64,000 nucleotides of DNA from Rhizodiscina lignyota (taxonomy: Eukaryota). The notes beneath the pieces are model-generated. The model made no database searches and was not told where the DNA came from. It was given only the letters and a program-made list of their open reading frames with translations. How positions within the stretch are numbered: the first letter of the stretch is position 1; each line of letters starts with the position of its first letter. Positions 12,943 to 25,139 of the stretch are shown here, piece after piece. The position numbers and the translations under genes are program-made. The stretch spans positions 310,001-374,000 of the forward strand of contig ML978125.1 of NCBI GenBank assembly GCA_010015805.1, given 5' to 3'.

Positions 12943-13789
12943 TTCTCTATCTGCAATGCAGTCTCCACATGAGAATGCGAGGGATTTTGGAGTAATGCTG
13001 GCTGGCAGGTGGAAGTCAAATGCTTTCGGACGATCCTTATCTGTCAAGTAGCCATGGTTCTCCGCTCGGAAAAACCTGATGCTTCATTCTTTTGTACTCG
13101 TATGCAGAGTATATATGATTTGGTCTCGCGATATTTTGAATCAAGCGTATATTTTACTCGCCAAGTGAAAGCTTCAGTGTCCTTCCGCAGAAAAGGTGCT
13201 CAGGATCAGTTCACCAACCGGCGACAAAGGAATATGTCGAACGACTAGGGAGGACTGGCAGTAAAGCCAGGATCTATTCAAAAAGTTCCATACATCGGCC
13301 GGAAGACAATTTTACGGAGGTTCATCGATCGGTGTTGTGATTGGTCAGCTTCAGCTATACCAACTTCAAGATTGGACTCGCCCGCAATCTCAACCTCTTC
13401 GTCTGCAGTGACTTTTCAAGATATTTCCACCGAGCTCAATAGGCTCGTGCAGCTTCTACGCTGACTAGCCGGTCGTTATATGCTCCGCGCTATGCAGAAC
13501 GGCTGTACTTTAGGCCTGCATACTCTTCTACAAGCCTCGCCTTCTATTCGCCAAAAGGTAAAATATGGATAATATTTCTAAGCTACCTTATGGCCGAAAC
13601 TGAACTACAGTAAACCCTGGTTTTAATATTCTCGATTTCCAAGCGCAATGACTTGCTTACCGTCATTCAAGACTCTCCAGAAGATCACAGATTCCAAATC
13701 TATTGACTTTCCTCACACTACAAGTCAGAAATGTCTGCATTGAATCCTTTCTTCACAAACCTTGCTAAAACTGAATTATTCTTTTTACC

Positions 13790-14937
13790 ATGGCAGCAAA
13801 ATTCGACCCGATTATCGTTCCAAATCCAGTCCTTCCAAAAGGTTCATGGATACTCGTCACAGGCGTCAGTGGCTATATCGGCAGCCACGTTGCTGACCAG
13901 CTTCTCGCTGCAGGCTACAAAGTGCGTGGCATTACTCGAAATGCAGAGAAGAGCAAGTTCCTCTTTGATCTAATTTGCGCCGTACGGGGAAGATACCTTT
14001 GAGCTTGTGGAGGTGGCAGACATGGCTGTCGAGGGAGTATTTGACGGTCCGGTGAAGGGTATGTCGATCCTGTCGAGGGCCAAGTCCGCAAACCAATAGA
14101 CTCTGATGAATTACTTCGCTAGGTGTTGCTGGTGTGGTACACCTCGCCAGCCAAGTAGACCTGAATCCAGACCCTAATGTGGTTGTCAACGGCGCGATCA
14201 ATCAAGCAGTCAGCCTGCTTAATTCTGCAATCAAGACATCGTCAGTAAAGCGTTACGTCCTTACCTCGTCGTCAATGGCAGTATAGAACCCTGCCGTAGC
14301 GAACCAGGGCAAGCCTTTCAAGGCCACAGTACATACATACAACGAGGACGCCGTGAAGGAGGCATGGGAGCCTCCTCCATATACGGCAGACCGCGCATTT
14401 GCAGTTTACAGTGCCAGCAAGACGCAACAGGAACAGAACATGTGGGAGGTCTACAAGAAGCACAAGACACAGCGTCCCAATCTGGTTGCCAACAGTGTCG
14501 TGCCGGACCTTAATGGCGGCCTCTGCCTTGACGTGCAGCACCAGGGATTCCCGAGCTCCCTAGGAATATACAAGATCCTGTATGACGGAGATCTACAGCT
14601 GTTCAATGCTATCCAGGGTCCGAAGTACTACGTTGATGTGCAGGATACGGCGAGGCTGCACGTTGCGGCGCTGCTACTCGAGGATGTCGTCGAGGAGAGA
14701 ATCTTTGCGTTTGCGTTCCCGAAGAATTGTAATGATGATCTAGCAACCTTTAGGAAAGTGCGGCCTGATAGAAAATTCCCCGAGAACGACGAGAATGCAG
14801 CGAAGCATTTGGCGGAAGTGCCAAGGGCGAGAACGGAGGATATGCTGCGGAGGCTCGGTAGAAAGGGTTGGACAAGCATGGAAGAGAGCTTCGCAAACAT
14901 GGTGGCTGCTTTTGAACAGGGAGAACAGGGTAGATAG
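13790..14937 (+). pseudogene. NAD(P)-dependent aldehyde reductase / extended SDR (Gre2/ARI1-like) pseudogene
   Basis: Rossmann motif ILVTGVSGYIGSH, plus TSSS, YSASK and YVDVQDTARLH. There is a frameshift at ~13975 (YGEDTFELVEV continues in another frame) and an in-frame TAG at 14284-14286. Intron at ~14059-14122. Confidence 0.8.
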
Positions 14938-15443
14938 ATTTCCTGATTCTCAAATGGAGAAATGAGATGAAATATGCCCGATGAAATGTGTACCGCGGTC
15001 TATCCGAAAACTGAGTGAGCTGGCCTAATGCACGAGACCGTAAAAAAAGACATAGATGTAAACTCCTTCGTGTACAATACAACTACAACAAGAAGTCAGG
15101 ATAGTGGTAAAATAAATTGAGAGATTTGCATGGAAACCTTTTCTTTGCAGTTGTAAAGCATCTCGTCTGCTATGTTAGGTGAGGTTTCCAGGGTGTCGCG
15201 AGACTCGAGTCATGGCAAATGACGTCGCGCGCTGGGAGAGCACAGGCACCTCAGAAGCGCGCGAGCTTCAGCCTACCTTACCCCAGACTTCTCCGCAAAC
15301 AATATGTCCATGCTCTGAAGAAGTGTCGCTTCCGCCTATGGTATTTTCGCAAAATCAACCTATTCAGGCGATTGGTGCTTGCTTCCACCTACCACCTCTA
15401 CCGCGCTCTTAGTATTACCGTCTTCCTCCACAGTTCGCCCACA

Positions 15444-16794
15444 ATGTGCGGACGGTACGCGTTCTACCAGCGTCCAGCACAAGTCCGTCAACAGCTGCAG
15501 GACTCCAATATGCCCTCACAAGAAGCACCAGAAGACGACGAAGTGCGACAGACATACAATTTTGCGCCTGGCAATCATGGATTGGTTTATAGGGCGGATA
15601 CACCAGACACCGGTGGCGGGAGGAGGCAAGAGGACGGTCAAGACAACGAAGATGGGCAAGACGTGAAGGCCACCAAAAACAAGGAGACAGCCACTCAAGA
15701 GGCGAGTGGGGAGGTGCGGTACAAGCTTCAAGCTATGAAATGGGGTGAGTTGATTTATTCAGCGTCGTTTGGCATTGAAAAGCTAACAGCATTCTCTATT
15801 CATAGGTCTAATACCTTTCTGGACCAAACGCTCTCCCGACTACGGCTCAATGCTGCGCACCATAAATTGCCGCGACGACTCGCTCATCGAAGACCGCGGC
15901 ATGTGGACATCAATGAAGCGCAAGAAACGTTGCATCGTTGTCGCACAAGGCTTCTACGAGTGGCTCAAGAAGAACAACGGCAAGGAAAGGATACCGCACT
16001 TCGTGAAACGCAAAGACGGCCAGTTGATGTGCTTTGCGGGGCTGTGGGACTGTGTGAGATATGAAGGTGCCTCGGAGGACGAGAAGCTTTATACGTACAC
16101 GATCATCACGACCGATTCGAATAAGCAGTTAAACTTCTTGCACGATCGGATGCCTGTGATTTTGGACAACGGTAGCGAGGCTATCAGAACGTGGTTGGAT
16201 CCCACCAGGACGGAGTGGAGCAAAGACCTGCAGAGCTTGCTCAAGCCGTATCAAGGTGAATTGGAATGCTATCCGGTTAATAAAGATGTGGGAAAGGTTG
16301 GGAACAACAGCCCGAGCTTCATCGTTCCGCTGGACAGCAAGGAGAACAAGAGTAACATTGCCAACTTCTTTGGTAACCAAAAGAAGGCTGCTACTGGGGT
16401 GGAACCGAAGAAGATTTTGGAGAAATCCGAGAATGAAGTAGATGCGGTGGAGCAGAAGCCCATTAAGGCTGAGGACGAGGGCGAGGAGAGGATCACAGTT
16501 GATGCTCAGAGCACAGAAGACAATGCGCCCAAGCCGGTGCCAGCACACGAGAGCCCGCCGCGTGGCACGAAGCGAGACCACGGGGACGTCGACGGGACGG
16601 ATAGGGCCGAGACGCCGAAGAAACAGGCTAAGGCTGACGTGAAAGTGGAAGCTATGTCACCATCGAAAGCAAAGACACCGGTCAAGTCTTCAAAGAAGAC
16701 GAGGAGCGCGACGAGCAATGGCACTGTGGCGAAGAGCCCGTCTAAACCTGCTGGTGGTGGAAGCCAGAAGATTACGGCGTTTTTTGGGAAATAG
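15444..16794 (+). CDS. HMCES: SRAP-domain abasic-site-protecting protein (HMCES/DUF159), 2 exons
   Basis: Starts MCGRY with the catalytic Cys2; also YNFAPG, MKWG|LIPFW, INCRDD, GFYEW and HDRMPVIL, and a C-terminal PIP-box-like QKITAFF. Intron at ~15746-15805. Confidence 0.9.
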
Positions 16795-18207
16795 GACAAT
16801 ACCCCGAAGTATTGTACGCAGGAATTGGTCGCAGCCTTGCAACTGTGCCGCTTGTTGTTTTTGTTAACGGTAGCGTGGCGCTTGGATGTCATTTGTCTTC
16901 TGGTAAGTTGGAGACATTCTCCGACATCAGAGTTGATCGAAGTTATCGAACTGATCTCATCTTACCCCTGACTTTCGATCCACCTGTAAACTTTTGTCTC
17001 TAACCACAGCTACCATGGGTTCATCCAGCAATTGAAATTCGTCTGACGTGCCGCAAATGGCAGAGAACCTGTTTCGACAGTGGCTGCGGCGCATTGTTGC
17101 TTATGAGTCCAATGCTTGGTTCGACAAGGATGCTGGAATTCCTAAAATCGAACATCCTTGCTCGCCCTATGTATAGGCCGTGATAGTGGATTATTCTCCT
17201 GCAGGTACCGATTGCGTATTTTGTAATTTCACATGTTGTGAGCGGTAATTAACTAGGATAAGACGGCCATCAACTAACGTCGAAGTCTTCATCTCCGAGA
17301 TCTCCATCGGGGGTTGCACTTGTCGAAGGTATCGAATTCGGACGAGTTCGAGTCAGTGGTCGACATGCCTGTCAATATTCGTGCTTGAGAAGATAGACCG
17401 TGAGACAGGGCGCTCCTGTGTTTCCCCGAGCATCGTCGATTGCCCAAGGGCACAAATGACCGGCCGAAAATATTATGGAATGTGGATTGAGACAGGAGAG
17501 ATATCACATCGACCATGGCCTCCTTAGCCACATGGCGATGTGATGGCAATTGATCCGAGTGGATGGCGGGAACGCGCGTGTCGAGTCGCTCGAGTTAATC
17601 TCCACAATGCACAGGCCCCCTGTGGCGTGTGGCTGGTTTGTATCTAGCCTCAAAAAGCAAGCGGGACAGCCATTTCATGGGGTTGTTGCACTCTTGATGG
17701 GAAAGATTCACGTCCGTCGCGCTCATATCTGCCGGTCGTGAGGGCATTGCAGCATTATTGCCGGGTTGTAGCTGCCTTTCCTAGCTCTTTTTGATATGCA
17801 TGCCTGGAGAATTCTTGAAACTTGTGCCTTGGAAGAAAGAAGCCGGGTCTTGTGGAAGGGTGGGGGCTACCTTCATGCGGCGGGACACGAGGCTGAGAGG
17901 CTTGCAGCGGAAGTCGAGATTTCGAAATCCCCACTGCTCTCCGTATCCTTTCGCACTTGCGCCGCTGTCAATCGCTGACGGCACAGTTCTCTCAATCCAT
18001 TTCCCTCTCTTCAACTCTCCTGCTACTCTTGCATTAACAGTCCTTTTGGCCTCTGGATCCGCGTTGGCCTGGAGTAGGGATGAGTGGGCGTGCGGCGATA
18101 CGACGATAACCGGAGATCGACGACCGGACTTTACATACCACGCGACGCGTCTTCATCACAATTGTGTGACCTTGAGCCAATTCCGATTGGCCTGAAAGAC
18201 GTCGGAA

Positions 18208-21200
18208 ATGTCCTCTTTACTTGACCTTCTCACACAGAAACAGCCCCAGTTCCAGACGCATCAAGCGTTGGTTGTCCTGGACCTGCAAAATGACTTTCTT
18301 CAGCCTGAGGGAAAGCTTCCAGTGTCGTCTCGGTCCAATTTTATCAGCAGAATAAAACGCCTGGTTCCCACATTCCGCGACAATGCAGGCGACATCATCT
18401 GGGTCCGTTCTGTGTATGAGAAGGACCGGCCCGCGAACGATGGAACGGATGAGGCGGAGGTTATCATCACGGAAGTTGAAGGTGTAGCAAGTCCAGAGGA
18501 GAGCAGCGAAGAAGTGGCAACGAAAGAGGCATCATCACCAAGTCATGGGTCAAAGTCTTCCGGTCGCGCATTCGACTTGCTCAAGAAAATGTCGAGAAAA
18601 ACGTCGGCGCCACCTGAGCCAACAAACTCTCCCAAAGATGACCCGGAGCACTTTCTCTCAGCAACAGCAAGGCGTCAGCCTGCTTGCATGCCGAACACGA
18701 AGGGCGCCGAACTCTCAGAGGACGTAAGGGATACCATTGACAGAGCAAACGACATTATAGTAAATAAATCGTACTATTCGGCGTTCAACTCAACATCACT
18801 TCTCCTAACCCTGCGGACACGCCTGATCACGGAACTGTATATATGTGGTTGTATGACGAATTTGTCCGTCTATGCGACTGCTCTAGATGCTGCACGGCAC
18901 GGGCTCACCATCAACATCGTCGAAGATTGCCTGGGATACCGCAAGGCTACGAGGCACCGAGAAGCGTTACGACAGATGGCAGATATAATGGGCGCCTACA
19001 CAGTCACAAGCACCGAACTATTGACCGAACTGGAGGAACAAGATCCAGATTTTGTGGCGCCACACACGAAGCCGCCGATTCCGGATGGTGACGCCCTCAA
19101 CGATATGGTACAGAAGCTTAGACTCAGTGACTCATCGTCATTGCACTCTACAAACACGGATAGTGTTAGGAGAACAGCCGACCAGCACCGTCAGGACAGT
19201 GCACATGGGTCAAAATCAGAACGTCCCTCTACGTCTGGCTCCACCGAAGAACCTACATTGCGGCGCAGTCGCTCAGGCAAGCTGCAAAAGAAGCCGCCCA
19301 GCGCTCAAGCAGAGGAGTCAGAGCACACTCTAAAGTACAAGAGATCGAGAATCAGAATGAGGAAACGTGACCAGTCCGCGGGTCCGGGTCCTAGAGACTC
19401 TATGGCCGTTCTAGATCGCCCTGATAAGACCGCTCCTCTGCCGGAAGCCGCAAAGCGTGCCAATAAGCCTCCACAGCTGCCAGCAGCCGCAAGAAGAAGT
19501 GTTGAAGAGCCAGTCCCAAGTCCGCTCCTTTCTCCACCACCTACATCGTCAAGAAATAGCGAGTTATCGAACAACCGGGTTTCGGCAGTTTCGGCAGTGT
19601 CACGAGACGGTTCGACCGAACAATCATCACGGCGAAGCTCACGTTCCCGAGGGTCTGATCGTGGTTCAGGGAATCAGTCTCCTCTACAGCCCGCCTCTCC
19701 AGTTACAACTACGCCAGCAGAGAAGACAGAGGCCGCAAAAGCCGAACTCTTATCCCCGACCGTTGGTCCTCCCTCCGCTATACCTCACCGAGGGAGCAAC
19801 GATTCTATCGCAGCGAAATCACTAGCGCCGTCCATCGCTAAATCTACGACTTCTTCTTTGTCAGCGCACAAGCCGGACGTGGACTATCTCTGTGAAAGAG
19901 ACTCATATCTCTGTACTTCTGTTCTCCCTCCACAGCTCTCCACTACCATCTTCCAAGATCTCTACAACGAAGTGCGATGGCAAATAATGTATCATCAAAC
20001 TGGGTCTGTCCCAAGATTGGTTTGTAATCAAGGGCAGTTTGGTAGAGATGGGAGCATGCCAGTCTACCGACACCCGACAGATCACGCACTTCCTCTACTC
20101 CATTTTAGTCCCGCGGTTCAGCTCGTGCGACACTATGCCGAAAAGATAGTGCAGCACCCTCTCAACCACGTGCTCATACAGCTGTATCGAAACGGCCAAG
20201 ACTACATCTCCGAGCACTCAGACAAGACCCTCGACATCATGCGCGGCTCATCGATAGTGAATGTATCCTTCGGGGCGCAGCGCACCATGCGTCTGCGAAC
20301 CAAGAAATCTGCGCTCAACCAGCAGAGCATCTCGTTCGCCGAAGCGGCGCGCCAAACCCAACGCATCCGGCTCCCTCACAACAGTGCCTTCATCCTTGGC
20401 CAGGACACCAACATGCGCTGGCTGCACGGAATCAACGCGGACAAACGCGCTGCGAAGGATCGATCTGACGCGGAGAAGGCGTTCAGCGGCATGCGCATCT
20501 CGCTGACGTTCCGCAACATCGGCACGTTCCTCAACTCCGACTCCACGCTGATCTGGGGCCAGGGAGCATCGGGCAAGACGCGAGAGAACGCACGGCCGGT
20601 CGTGAGCAACGACATGCTCAAGACGGAGGCGATGGTGCGCGCGTTCGGGAAGGAGAACCAAACGACGGAGTTCGACTGGTCCGAGATCTACGGCGCGGGC
20701 TTCGACATTCTGCATTTCCGCAAGGTGCCGTCGGATAATCCGTCCACGTGCCTGCTCTTCCTGTCGAACGACGCGATCGAGAACGGCCAGGTGGTGATGT
20801 ATCTCGACGAGGCGGGCATTGAGTATGCTGCGATTGAGACGCCGACGAAGGAATCGGACGACAAGATGGGGTGTATGCGGAAGGTGTGCTTCCGCGACTC
20901 AGATCCGCTGCACACTGAAGTCACTGGCGCGTTGGCTGTGCTGCTGTATCTGGATCGACTGAGGCCACTGCCTCATCGCATCACGGCCGATGGCGCGGAT
21001 GAAAAGCCGGTAGAGACGAGAGCCAGCATTGCAAGGACGTATGAGCTGCTGGGACTCTTGACAGAGGCCGTTGACGGAGTGAGGAGAGGTGAGAAATGGC
21101 TACTTCCCGGTATTGAGGGGTATCTTCAGGACGAAGGATATGTGGCCGGCCGCGGCTTCGGTTTCGCCGACTGTGCATATTTCCCGGTTCTCGAGCGGTG

Positions 21201-21366
21201 CTGGGAGGGGTGGGTGGAGGAGAGAGATGGAGAAGTGCCACGGGTCAGGAGCTATCTTGAGAGGATGAGGAAGAGAGGTCAGACGAGGAAGACGAGGGAG
21301 CGCGAGAGCCGGGAGGAGTTGCGGAGGCAGATGAGCGTGGGCAGTCTTCCTGGGAGTAAGAAGTGA
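18208..21366 (+). CDS. Multidomain protein: isochorismatase-like + disordered linker + 2OG-Fe(II) AlkB-like dioxygenase + GST C-terminal-like domain
   Basis: Single 1052-aa ORF. The N-terminus has ALVVLDLQNDF, KSYYSAF and GCMTNLSV. The AlkB-like region has YRNGQDYISEHSDK, W.HGI and RISLTFR. The C-terminus has YVAGRGFGFADCAYFP. Confidence 0.8.
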   Translation: MSSLLDLLTQKQPQFQTHQALVVLDLQNDFLQPEGKLPVSSRSNFISRIKRLVPTFRDNAGDIIWVRSVYEKDRPANDGTDEAEVIITEVEGVASPEESSEEVATKEASSPSHGSKSSGRAFDLLKKMSRKTSAPPEPTNSPKDDPEHFLSATARRQPACMPNTKGAELSEDVRDTIDRANDIIVNKSYYSAFNSTSLLLTLRTRLITELYICGCMTNLSVYATALDAARHGLTINIVEDCLGYRKATRHREALRQMADIMGAYTVTSTELLTELEEQDPDFVAPHTKPPIPDGDALNDMVQKLRLSDSSSLHSTNTDSVRRTADQHRQDSAHGSKSERPSTSGSTEEPTLRRSRSGKLQKKPPSAQAEESEHTLKYKRSRIRMRKRDQSAGPGPRDSMAVLDRPDKTAPLPEAAKRANKPPQLPAAARRSVEEPVPSPLLSPPPTSSRNSELSNNRVSAVSAVSRDGSTEQSSRRSSRSRGSDRGSGNQSPLQPASPVTTTPAEKTEAAKAELLSPTVGPPSAIPHRGSNDSIAAKSLAPSIAKSTTSSLSAHKPDVDYLCERDSYLCTSVLPPQLSTTIFQDLYNEVRWQIMYHQTGSVPRLVCNQGQFGRDGSMPVYRHPTDHALPLLHFSPAVQLVRHYAEKIVQHPLNHVLIQLYRNGQDYISEHSDKTLDIMRGSSIVNVSFGAQRTMRLRTKKSALNQQSISFAEAARQTQRIRLPHNSAFILGQDTNMRWLHGINADKRAAKDRSDAEKAFSGMRISLTFRNIGTFLNSDSTLIWGQGASGKTRENARPVVSNDMLKTEAMVRAFGKENQTTEFDWSEIYGAGFDILHFRKVPSDNPSTCLLFLSNDAIENGQVVMYLDEAGIEYAAIETPTKESDDKMGCMRKVCFRDSDPLHTEVTGALAVLLYLDRLRPLPHRITADGADEKPVETRASIARTYELLGLLTEAVDGVRRGEKWLLPGIEGYLQDEGYVAGRGFGFADCAYFPVLERCWEGWVEERDGEVPRVRSYLERMRKRGQTRKTRERESREELRRQMSVGSLPGSKK

Positions 21367-23038
21367 TTGGCACAGTAGCATATAAAGCCAAATACATATA
21401 TATGACCGGATTTACTACTTATGAAGTTTGAAGCTGTCCGACGTTATAATCAAGGTTGGCTACAGTAGTCCTCTCCAGCCACCCAATAACCGCTCAAATG
21501 GCTTTGAATCCTGTCAAGTTGATGCTCAATTTGACCTTCAACTGTTACAGTACCCGAATCCGCCTCGATTGCGTCGTCGAGTTCGTGATACCTACATACT
21601 TGCGCAAGATCGAGTTCACTTCAATCTCTCATTGAACTAGCCACCAGCTATGCAGTAACGTGAGTCCACAATAAGGTACTTCACAGTGGCTGTCCGTCCT
21701 GCCTCTATTTAGGGAGGACGCTGTAACGGTACTATGCTAGCATGCTTCCCTATTTAGGACGTGGCTCTTGACAGTTGAAAGGGCTTTCAAGCACCCAAAA
21801 CAGTCGTAACGACCTTAATACTGGTAGAAAAATAATCGAATTTGATTTGGTTACATAAAACCTACTTCTTGAGACTATAAGATGATAGCCTGCGTCTGTT
21901 TGTTGTTGAAGGATTGAGATCTTTTGGCTTAGAGCAAGGAAAATTCTCGGTGGGGTACCTACCCTACCTAGGTTTAGGTGGTTTGCGGTACCTGAAAACT
22001 CGGCTAGGGTGCCGACAATCAGAGGCAAGTACCCTAACTCAACACAGCGTCCTCCGTACGAGGTTAATGTTACCGATTGAAGCAATCAATCAATCCCGTG
22101 AGCAAGTGAATCTACACACAAGCAATCGGCACTTTCGACTCGACTTGCCAAGGTTGATAAAAATCGGATTTTTTTCTCTTCAAAACCCAGTTGGTGGGGT
22201 TGAAGGTCGGTAGACTAACTCACTAACTACTCAGGTACCGAAGAAGACCTTATATCATACGATCCGGGACCCGCCCTGCTAATGTCGTATAGGAGGTACT
22301 AGTTCAAGTCCCAATAACCCGGATTGCTCACCCGATTGAGCTTTTCAATCCATCTCGGGATGGATGGAGTCCACACGGTGGGGCCTAACCTGATGTGCGG
22401 GAAGTGCGCGATTGTTTGATGTAGTCCGCCGTAGTCAGGCGGTGAACCACAGCGAACCTAGCGGCTCTACCCCCGTGCCTCGATTTTCGTCCTCAGAAAT
22501 CGAGTGTGCTTGAGAATACACGAAATAGTCACAAACGCTCTTCCAACCCTTAATTTTCCAGTGCATCACATATGGTGCGTCTAATTCCTCCATCATAACT
22601 GGCGTAAGTCCACCTCGGTCGCTCATTGAATGGCCCGTTACCTACCCATCTGATAGACCTGGTCCTACCACAAACGCTCCTCACACGGTGCTTTGCGCTA
22701 TGTGCTTACACAGAGCCAAGTCCACTCAATCTCTCCTCTGGCTTATAGATCTTTGGGAATTGTATATGAGAGGTCCTCCGTACGACGATTGTAATAATAA
22801 AGTGGGGAGTTAGTTCGTTAGCTATATCCTACTCTTGAGTGATTTGTCCTGTTTTCCGAGGCGATGTTGAGGAAGACGAATACAGAGCAGCAAACCAAAA
22901 GACTAAACGAACCAGCAAATAAACATAGTAGTTTGAGCTTGAGATACAACGGTTACTTGGCATCCATTTGACCGGCTTATCGTGAATGCGCGTCAGAGGC
23001 ACAAAAATCTAAGGTAGGCACGCGACTTCATAGACAGG

Positions 23039-23518
23039 TCATTCCTTCCTGCGCTGAAGCTCCATGTCCATAAATATGCTGCGAGGGTTAGGCACGTAGC
23101 CTTCCAGAATGTCACATTCCTCAAACCCAATGCTCGTGTAGAGCCTCCTCGCACCTTCGTATACTGAGCTCCTTCCAGTCTCTAAGCTAACTCGCGAATA
23201 GCCTCTTCGTTGAGCCTCGCGGACGAGGTGGAGAGCGATGTTTGTCGCAACGCCCTTGCGAAGATGCTCGGGTGCCGTCCTCATCGACTTGATCTCGCCG
23301 CGAGTGGGATCGATCTCTTTCAGGGCGCCACAACCAAGCAGAACGCCGTCCACGCCGTCCTGCCATGCCGTGAAGACGGTCACGGACGGCAGGCGGAGAG
23401 TTTTCAGGTCAAGCACACGGCAGAGCTCGACGGGGACATTGTTTTGTAAGGCCACAAAGTGGTCAGTCAGCAGGCTCTGCACCTGCGGGCGCGCCAGGTC
23501 GTCGACTTCTATTCGCAT
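23039..23518 (-). CDS. GNAT N-acetyltransferase, bacterial YsnE/YedL-like
   Basis: Intronless 159 aa with LLGCGALKE, GEIKSMRT, HLRKGVA, SLETG and ARRLY..GFEEC, typical of the YedL/YsnE subfamily. Confidence 0.85.
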   Translation of the reverse strand: MRIEVDDLARPQVQSLLTDHFVALQNNVPVELCRVLDLKTLRLPSVTVFTAWQDGVDGVLLGCGALKEIDPTRGEIKSMRTAPEHLRKGVATNIALHLVREAQRRGYSRVSLETGRSSVYEGARRLYTSIGFEECDILEGYVPNPRSIFMDMELQRRKE

Positions 23519-25139
23519 CTCTTTATGGCCAGGCTAAAGCGGTTGCGCGCGGAACGCGAGTATATCTGCGAACGGCAGACGCTCGCGAGGTGGCAGGCCT
23601 CGAGTGTAATTGTCACGGAGCAGGAGAGCAGCAGTTGGCCGGACGGGACCTGAAGCTTTCGCTCGTATGCATGGATGGCATCTGTTATGCAACACTCCGG
23701 AAATACAGCTGGTCCCTGGCCGCCACGCTCCCACGCCGTTCTTACACAGAACAATGTTGGCCCACGCCGCAAGCGCGTACCTCAGCGGGATTGCTTGGCT
23801 CACGCCAGTCGGGAGCAGCCGTATGCGGAGCTGCAGCGCGAGCACGTTCTCGAATGCGCCGCTCCCATTGGCTGCGCATTCCAGCTCAAATCCAACGTCA
23901 AGCGTCGAGCTCGATGCACTACTCTCCCACCGCAATGCTGAATTTTCGGGTCTGTGACGACACGGACCGCTCACACGGCGCCAGCAGTGCGGAGGCGGCT
24001 TCACTGAAGACTTACCAAGCTTTTTAGTGGCAGAGCGCAGTGTCTTGCTTCAACGAAACTCTGTCGAGTGCATCGCCCGGCCGTGCGAGCTGGCCGGCCT
24101 GCGAGCTGTTGGGCGGCACCTAAGCGGCGTGGGAGCGCTTTTCGGAGCTGCCGCACAGGGCCATAAGCATTATTGCACGATATTATGCGCCGCCAAATGT
24201 GTGGTGAGGTAAATGACTAACGCGCCTTACGACGTAGGCCAAGCAGTTGCTCTCATAGGCAAGCTTCGCCGCGCCCGGGTGGATCTCATCGCCAATGAAC
24301 ATGCTGCACCCACCCTGGAACCCACGACGAATCCGCCTCGTTGGATCGCGTGTTGGGTTGAGACTCATCGAACGTCTGCTGGAACCTGCCTAGAAGGGGA
24401 CTGCTTGTCTGCGAGCGAGCATTCGCCTGTTATCCGGGTCGCTTTAGAGATTAGAGCACGTAACTACGCCAGGGTGCCGACCACTAGCGGCCGCTCCAAT
24501 GGCGAAACAGAAGACTTTTCATAAGAGGCGAGGAGGGGCTCGCATCCTGTCGCTCGTTATTCCTTCTTCAGCGCGCACAGCAGCCCACTCGACCGCACAC
24601 ACCACCAATCCAACCTCAAATTCCCCAGCGACGCCGCCGGAGAAAACACGCAGATAAGATCGTAACCGCAGCGCGTCCAGCCAGTGAGACTGCGCGCTGC
24701 TCTGTCGTGCCCGCCCGCTCGCCAGCGCCACTTGTACTTTCCCTTCTGCAGCCCCATCCCCTAGTGCAGAGGGTCCGTTGCGTTAGACCTTCATACGGCT
24801 CGTCCGGCATCCCGCGCCCTCTCTGATCGTCAGCCTGCGCTTTCCATCGAGGCGGAATCACTGTTCGCTGTTCCCTGTCGACAATCCGCGCGGCCACTCA
24901 CAATTCTGTCGCTCTGAACGTGCTCCCTCGTGCAAGCCGCGTGCGATCTCATAATCACCCACAATCGGCCTATCCGTGTAGCTTTATTAGCCTCGCATCG
25001 CGGCGCGTCAAGAAAGGCGACCACGGACCCGGTGCCCATCATCCCGTCCATATAAGTCAAAGGGTTGAGCCTCTTGGTCTTACTTCCCTAATCGTTTGCG
25101 AACTCCAATTCACCCTTCGCGTCGACAGCTCAGCCCAAC

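Noticed and set aside
15219..15443. Upstream extension of the HMCES ORF in the ORF track
   Set aside because: SRAP proteins need Cys at position 2, so the true start is MCGRY at 15444.
23600..25139. Pho4-type CACGTG sites upstream of the phosphate transporter
   Set aside because: I saw only a single CACGTT (~23843) and a near-match, which is not enough to call a regulatory site.
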